Below, in pieces: positions 59,444 to 64,000 of a stretch of 64,000 nt of DNA. Numbering within the stretch: the first letter of the stretch is position 1; every line of letters starts with the position of its first letter. A model generated the notes under the pieces. The model did no database searches, had not been told where the DNA came from, and worked only from the letters and a program-made list of their open reading frames with translations. Made by a program: the position numbers and the translations under genes. Origin of the DNA: Schmidtea polychroa (Eukaryota); NCBI GenBank assembly GCA_044892525.1, contig CM097885.1:115134001-115198000 (forward strand), read 5' to 3'.

Positions 59444-61789
59444 GTTATAGGCAAACAAAAGTTGAGAAATATTGACTTAAAACATCGACTAAAGAAAATT
59501 GATCTTTATTGGAAGAAATTTATCGGGTGATTTTAATTAGTAATTAAATCGGTTGAATATCGGTAAAATATTAATGACCATTTGAAGAAATATATTTTAT
59601 TGAATGGATAACTTTAATCTTTCTATGCAACTACTCAGTTATATTGTATAGTAATATTTATTTTAAATTCCGAGTGATTTCGAACAAAAATTTTAATTAT
59701 TCTTAATCATTTTTTAATTATAACTGGTTTTATCATTAGATTTTATTTGATGGATAAATTTAATCTTGCAATGCAACTACTCAGTTATATTGTACAGTAA
59801 TATTTATTTTAAATGTCGAGTTTGAGAACAAAAATTTAAATATAACTGGTTTTATCAATAGATTTTATAAATTATTTAGGGTTAATGAGCATATTAATTT
59901 TTGATGATTTTAGTGAAATATGTGTGATAATAGAAATTAAAGATATAATTATAGTCATTTAAAAGGATTTTAAGGAATCTTATTAGTCTGAAGGAAATAT
60001 ATAATTTTTTAAGGGTATTTATCGATAAAATACTAATCTTTAAAGACAGAGATATTTCAGGGAGATTTGATGCTTTTTAGATGATTTTAGTGAAATATTT
60101 GTAATAATAGGAATTAAGGGTAGAAATATAGTCATTTAAAAGGATTTTAATGAATCTTATTAGTCTGAGAGAATATATAATTTTTTACAAGTACTTATCA
60201 TTAAAATACCAATCTTTAAATATTGATATATTTAGGGAAAATTGATTCTTTTTAGATGATTTTATTTGAGAATTCGTTTGGATATAACAAATGTTTGAAT
60301 ATTGTCATTTAAATAAATTCACTGGTTTATTAGATGTTATCATTAGTGGGCTAATATCAGTATCTTTTGAAATTTAATGATAATTATTTTTAGTGTAGAT
60401 TTACGACTTTGATAATTGTAATGAATTTATACTGAATTTTTTGAATATTTTGAGCAATCAGTCAATCAATTTGAGTATACATGTATTACTTTTATAAAAA
60501 TAATTTAAATTAATTTATTTAATCTAAATAAATTATCTAATTTATCTAATTTATCTTATTTCAAAATTCTTATTAATTTATTATCTTAGTTGATTCATAT
60601 TAACTTGAATGATCAGTATTTTTTATTTACTGAATGATTAATGACTAGAATTTAAAGTTCTTTCTTGTCCATTAAATACATTTTGATATTTATTTATTAT
60701 GTTTTGAATAATTAAATTTTTTTACAATTATTAAATCAATTTTTACCAAGTTATTGATGCCTTGAGTTCAAATTATTTTTCATTCAATTTTATCAAGTGA
60801 AGAGGATTTTCTTTTAAAGATATATTTGTTAGTACATAGTTATTGGTATTTGTTATTAAGTACTTGGTTTTTAGTACTTGGTAGTTAGTTGTAAGTGTTT
60901 AGTATTTAGTTGTTTGACATCTAGTTGTTAGAACATAATAGCTAGTTAATGGGTAGGTGGGGGGGGGGGGGGGGTTGAGTGTGAACAATACCATTACGAC
61001 CAGTACCATTTCGACTAGTACCCTTACGATCAATACCCTTATGACCAGTAGTCATAGAGGGTCAAAACATCCTGTCGGATAAACTCAGAGTATATATAAT
61101 AAAACGAATCAACAATAACTATTAATTGAATGCAATTTTTACTTTCCAATAATAAGTCAGTAGTAACCAATTAAAAGTTAAGCAGATCCTTTTGTGAATT
61201 AGAATTAGAATTTTATAGTCTTTCATTGTAATTTTATTTAAATTATTTTCAATTCAACGTGGTGTTTCAAAGTGGTTGACAATTATTCATTATTGACGAA
61301 AATCAATATTTTTGTTAAATTCTAACATAAATAAAAATTAATTTATTTAAAAAGCATTTGATAAAATACAATGAAGAATACTTAGTTGTTTGTATCTAGT
61401 TGCAAAGTATTTGGTACTTATTTATTAGTATACAGTTAAAAATATTTAGTTGCTGGTCGTTAGTAAATAGTACCTAGATGGTACCTAGTTGTTAGGTATC
61501 TAGTGGTTAACCGTTTGTTTGAAGTACATAGTGGTTAGTATTTGGTTGACTTTTTAGATTTTGACAAGAATACAAGAAATATTTTACTTGCTGAATTAAG
61601 AAGAGCTTATTATAAGCAAATACTTGATGAATAAATTTTATATCTTTACTTTTACGTTGTTAATTTTTATTTGTAAGTATGTGGTTGTTATTACTTGGTT
61701 GTTTTTACTTGGTTGTTGTTAGTATATGGTACTTGGTAGATGGTTGTAAGTACTTGGTTGTTAAATTATTATTTCTATTATGATTATTA

Positions 61790-61793
61790 TAAC

Positions 61794-61859
<66 letters not shown>
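61790..61859. repeat. (ATT)n microsatellite
   Basis: Direct observation. Confidence 0.95.
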
Positions 61860-62124
61860 CAGGCCCGGCGTGAGGCGGGTACGATGCGTGATTTTCACGC
61901 AGGCGCCACGGCGGAAAAATACAACAGGCGGCAAAATTGTACAGAAATTTGTTATTTTCATAAGATTTTTATGTTTTTATAATAAATATGAATTAAATTA
62001 AAAGTAATAAAGTTATATTGTTTTGTTATGTATGCATTTATCGTTTTTTTTACTCTTATTATGGAATGCGAAGGCGGTAATATGCAATTTTCACACATCA
62101 TCTGAAACTCTAGCGCCGGTGCTA
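61860..62124. mobile_element. 265-bp hAT-type MITE
   Basis: Imperfect TIR CAGGCCCGGCG / TAGCACCGGCG; 8-bp ATTATTAT on both sides (within a microsatellite context). Confidence 0.6.
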
Positions 62125-62199
62125 ATTATTATTTTTATTATCATCATCATCATTATTATTAAGTGATGATTTCTTGGTAGCAGCATTTATTATTGAAGA

Positions 62200-64000
62200 C
62201 AGCGATTTCCAACCCGTGGTACGCGTACCCCTGGGGGTACGCGAAAAAATATGAGTAATGGCGGATGTTAAAAATATAACTCCTGGATCAATTTAGTTTC
62301 AAAGCGGTGGCAAATATTGGACAAAATATTGTTCAAAGTTATGTGTGGCCTTCTGAATTGCATCATCACATTAGAACGGGTTGTGTTAGAATTCAAATGG
62401 ACCCAATGTTACAAAGCGTGTCTATTGTAGTGTGACAAATTTAATACTCGTTTTTTGCGATTACACAATTCTTATTACAGTAATAATATTACTAATAATA
62501 ACTTTATTTTCAAACGGTAAGTTTTAACATTATTTTAATTTCAAACTTAAATTAATTTCTAAATGAATTTAAGATTAAATATGGATAAGTGGTTGGAAGC
62601 TGGTACAATAAAAAACAATAAAGGTACACTGGAAAGTGACGAATTAGTTAGGACTTCTCAAGTCACATCAAAAACACAAGTACAAATTCAAAACACAGAA
62701 AATGCGCCGTCTTCAGTTCTGTAGATAGCTAAAAAGAGGAAATACTGCGACGAATATATGAAATATGGATTTTCATATACAGGAGGTGAAGACAGCCCTA
62801 AACCCAAATATGTAGTATGTGGTGAAGTGTTATCAAATGGCAGTATGAAACCCTCCCTGCTTTTACGTCATCTCCACACAAAACATGCCAATTATAAAAA
62901 CAAAGAATATGATTTTTTTTAAACGCTTAGCAGCTCAAAATTTGAAAATGTCAGTTTTGACATCGTACATCCTGCCAGCTAATAAAGATAACGAAAATGC
63001 GACTGAAGCTAGTTACCGCATTAGTTACCGTATTGTTACGTGTGGTAAACATACAATTGCAGAGAATCTAATTCAACCATGCATAGAAGATGCTGTTCGG
63101 TGTATGCTTGGAGAAGAACATGTGCAAAAAAATAAAAAATATTCCTCTTTCAAGCAATACAATATCTCGAAGAATTTTGGATATGTCTGATAATGTTGAG
63201 GCAACAGTGATTGATAGAATTAAAAATAGTAAGGTTTTCGCTATACAAGTTGATGAAAGCACGGATGTTGCTAATTTTGCTATTTTGCTTGTTATTGCGA
63301 GATATTTAAAAGACAATAAAGCCGAAGAAAACCTTTTACTTTGTCATGCTCTGTCAGAACATACAACAGGTGAGGATATATTCAAAGCTATCGATTTTTA
63401 TTTCCAAGAAAAAGGCATAAATTGGTCTAATTGCTGTGGGCTTTGTCCCGATGGTGGCAAGTCTATGTCTGTGCGGTTGAGTCTTGAAGATAGCTCCCAA
63501 AATAAGTTGGAGTCACTGTTGCATCCACAGGCAAAGTTTGGCATCTAAGCATCGTCCAGTGCAAATGAAGCTTGTTCTTGACGAAGCTACGAAAGTGGTT
63601 AATTTTATAAAGTCAAGTTCAACCAACTCGAGAATTTTTAAAGCTTTTTGTGAAGATTTTGATAGTGTTCATTCTACTCTGCTATATCATACAGAAGTAA
63701 GGTGGCTATCTTGAGGCAAGGTCCTTACCCGATTGTTCGAGCTTAAGCATGAAATACAGGCTTTCTTCAAAGAACATCCTTTTCAACTTGCTTCCAAGTT
63801 TCACGACTGTAATTGGCTTCAGACTCTTGCGTATTTATCAGACATTTTCCTACGTACAAACAATCTAAATTTAGCACTTCAAAATAACTCCATATCGATA
63901 TTCAATGTCTCGGATAAAATTGAATCAATGATTAAAAAAATTAATTTTTGGAGAACATGTATTGAAAACGGTCAACCGGAGGTATTTGAAACTTTGCACA
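62200..64000 (+). mobile_element. Degraded Charlie/Buster (ZBED5/SCAND3-like) hAT element, continues past the window end
   Basis: CAGCGATTTCCAAC start; GTACGCGTACCCCTGGGGGTACGCG palindrome; MDKW, BED-like KPS.L.RHL..KH, QVDESTD, CCIHRQSL, HTEVRWLS; multiple stops and frameshifts. Confidence 0.9.

Larger units (their letters stand above)
50120..61068. repeat. ~11-kb interrupted inverted repeat (foldback-like)
   Basis: GTTTTGACCC termini with ~15-bp subterminal repeats. Left arm 50120-~50945 plus ~53965-56130 is the reverse complement of ~56245-57490 plus 59451-61068. Confidence 0.8.

Noticed and set aside
61740-62001. Poly-Tyr/poly-Ile ORFs
   Set aside because: Translations of the (ATT)n microsatellite.
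1-64000. rRNA, tRNA or snRNA genes
   Set aside because: None recognised by eye; tRNAscan/Infernal were not run.

Overview
AT-rich eukaryotic, intron-containing genomic DNA. The repeat content looks planarian-like, but the host is not verifiable from sequence alone. Bases 1-35452 hold most of one giant minus-strand Ty3/Gypsy LTR retroelement: about 36 kb, or about 28 kb once two nested insertions are removed. Its LTRs are about 2.5 kb with TGTTG...CAACA ends. Removing a 5'-truncated NeSL/R2-group LINE (5-bp TSD) and an hAT transposon (8-bp TSD) restores one reading frame: gag (capsid, 3 CCHC knuckles), three ubiquitin-like domains, a Bcl-2-like region, then a chuvirus-like envelope glycoprotein. 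Pol follows in the -1 frame: PR-RT-RNaseH-IN, ankyrin repeats, then an FN3-like membrane protein. Env therefore lies between gag and protease. Stand-alone accessory ORFs (TRAF, IAP-type RING, coiled-coil and membrane proteins, an unknown 'ORF-X') mostly start a few bases after a 3' splice acceptor, and a splice donor sits just after the LTR TATA box. This resembles a complex retrovirus carrying apoptosis/innate-immunity modulators. A ~200-nt motif with covarying stems follows ORF-X, and this ORF-X + motif unit occurs five times in the window as relics of related elements. The right half contains a host SAAL1-like gene (38.2-48.8 kb, minus strand), an ~11-kb interrupted palindrome with a proteasome alpha-subunit fragment, and degraded hAT elements. 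All calls come from motif recognition and manual alignment; no database searches were run.
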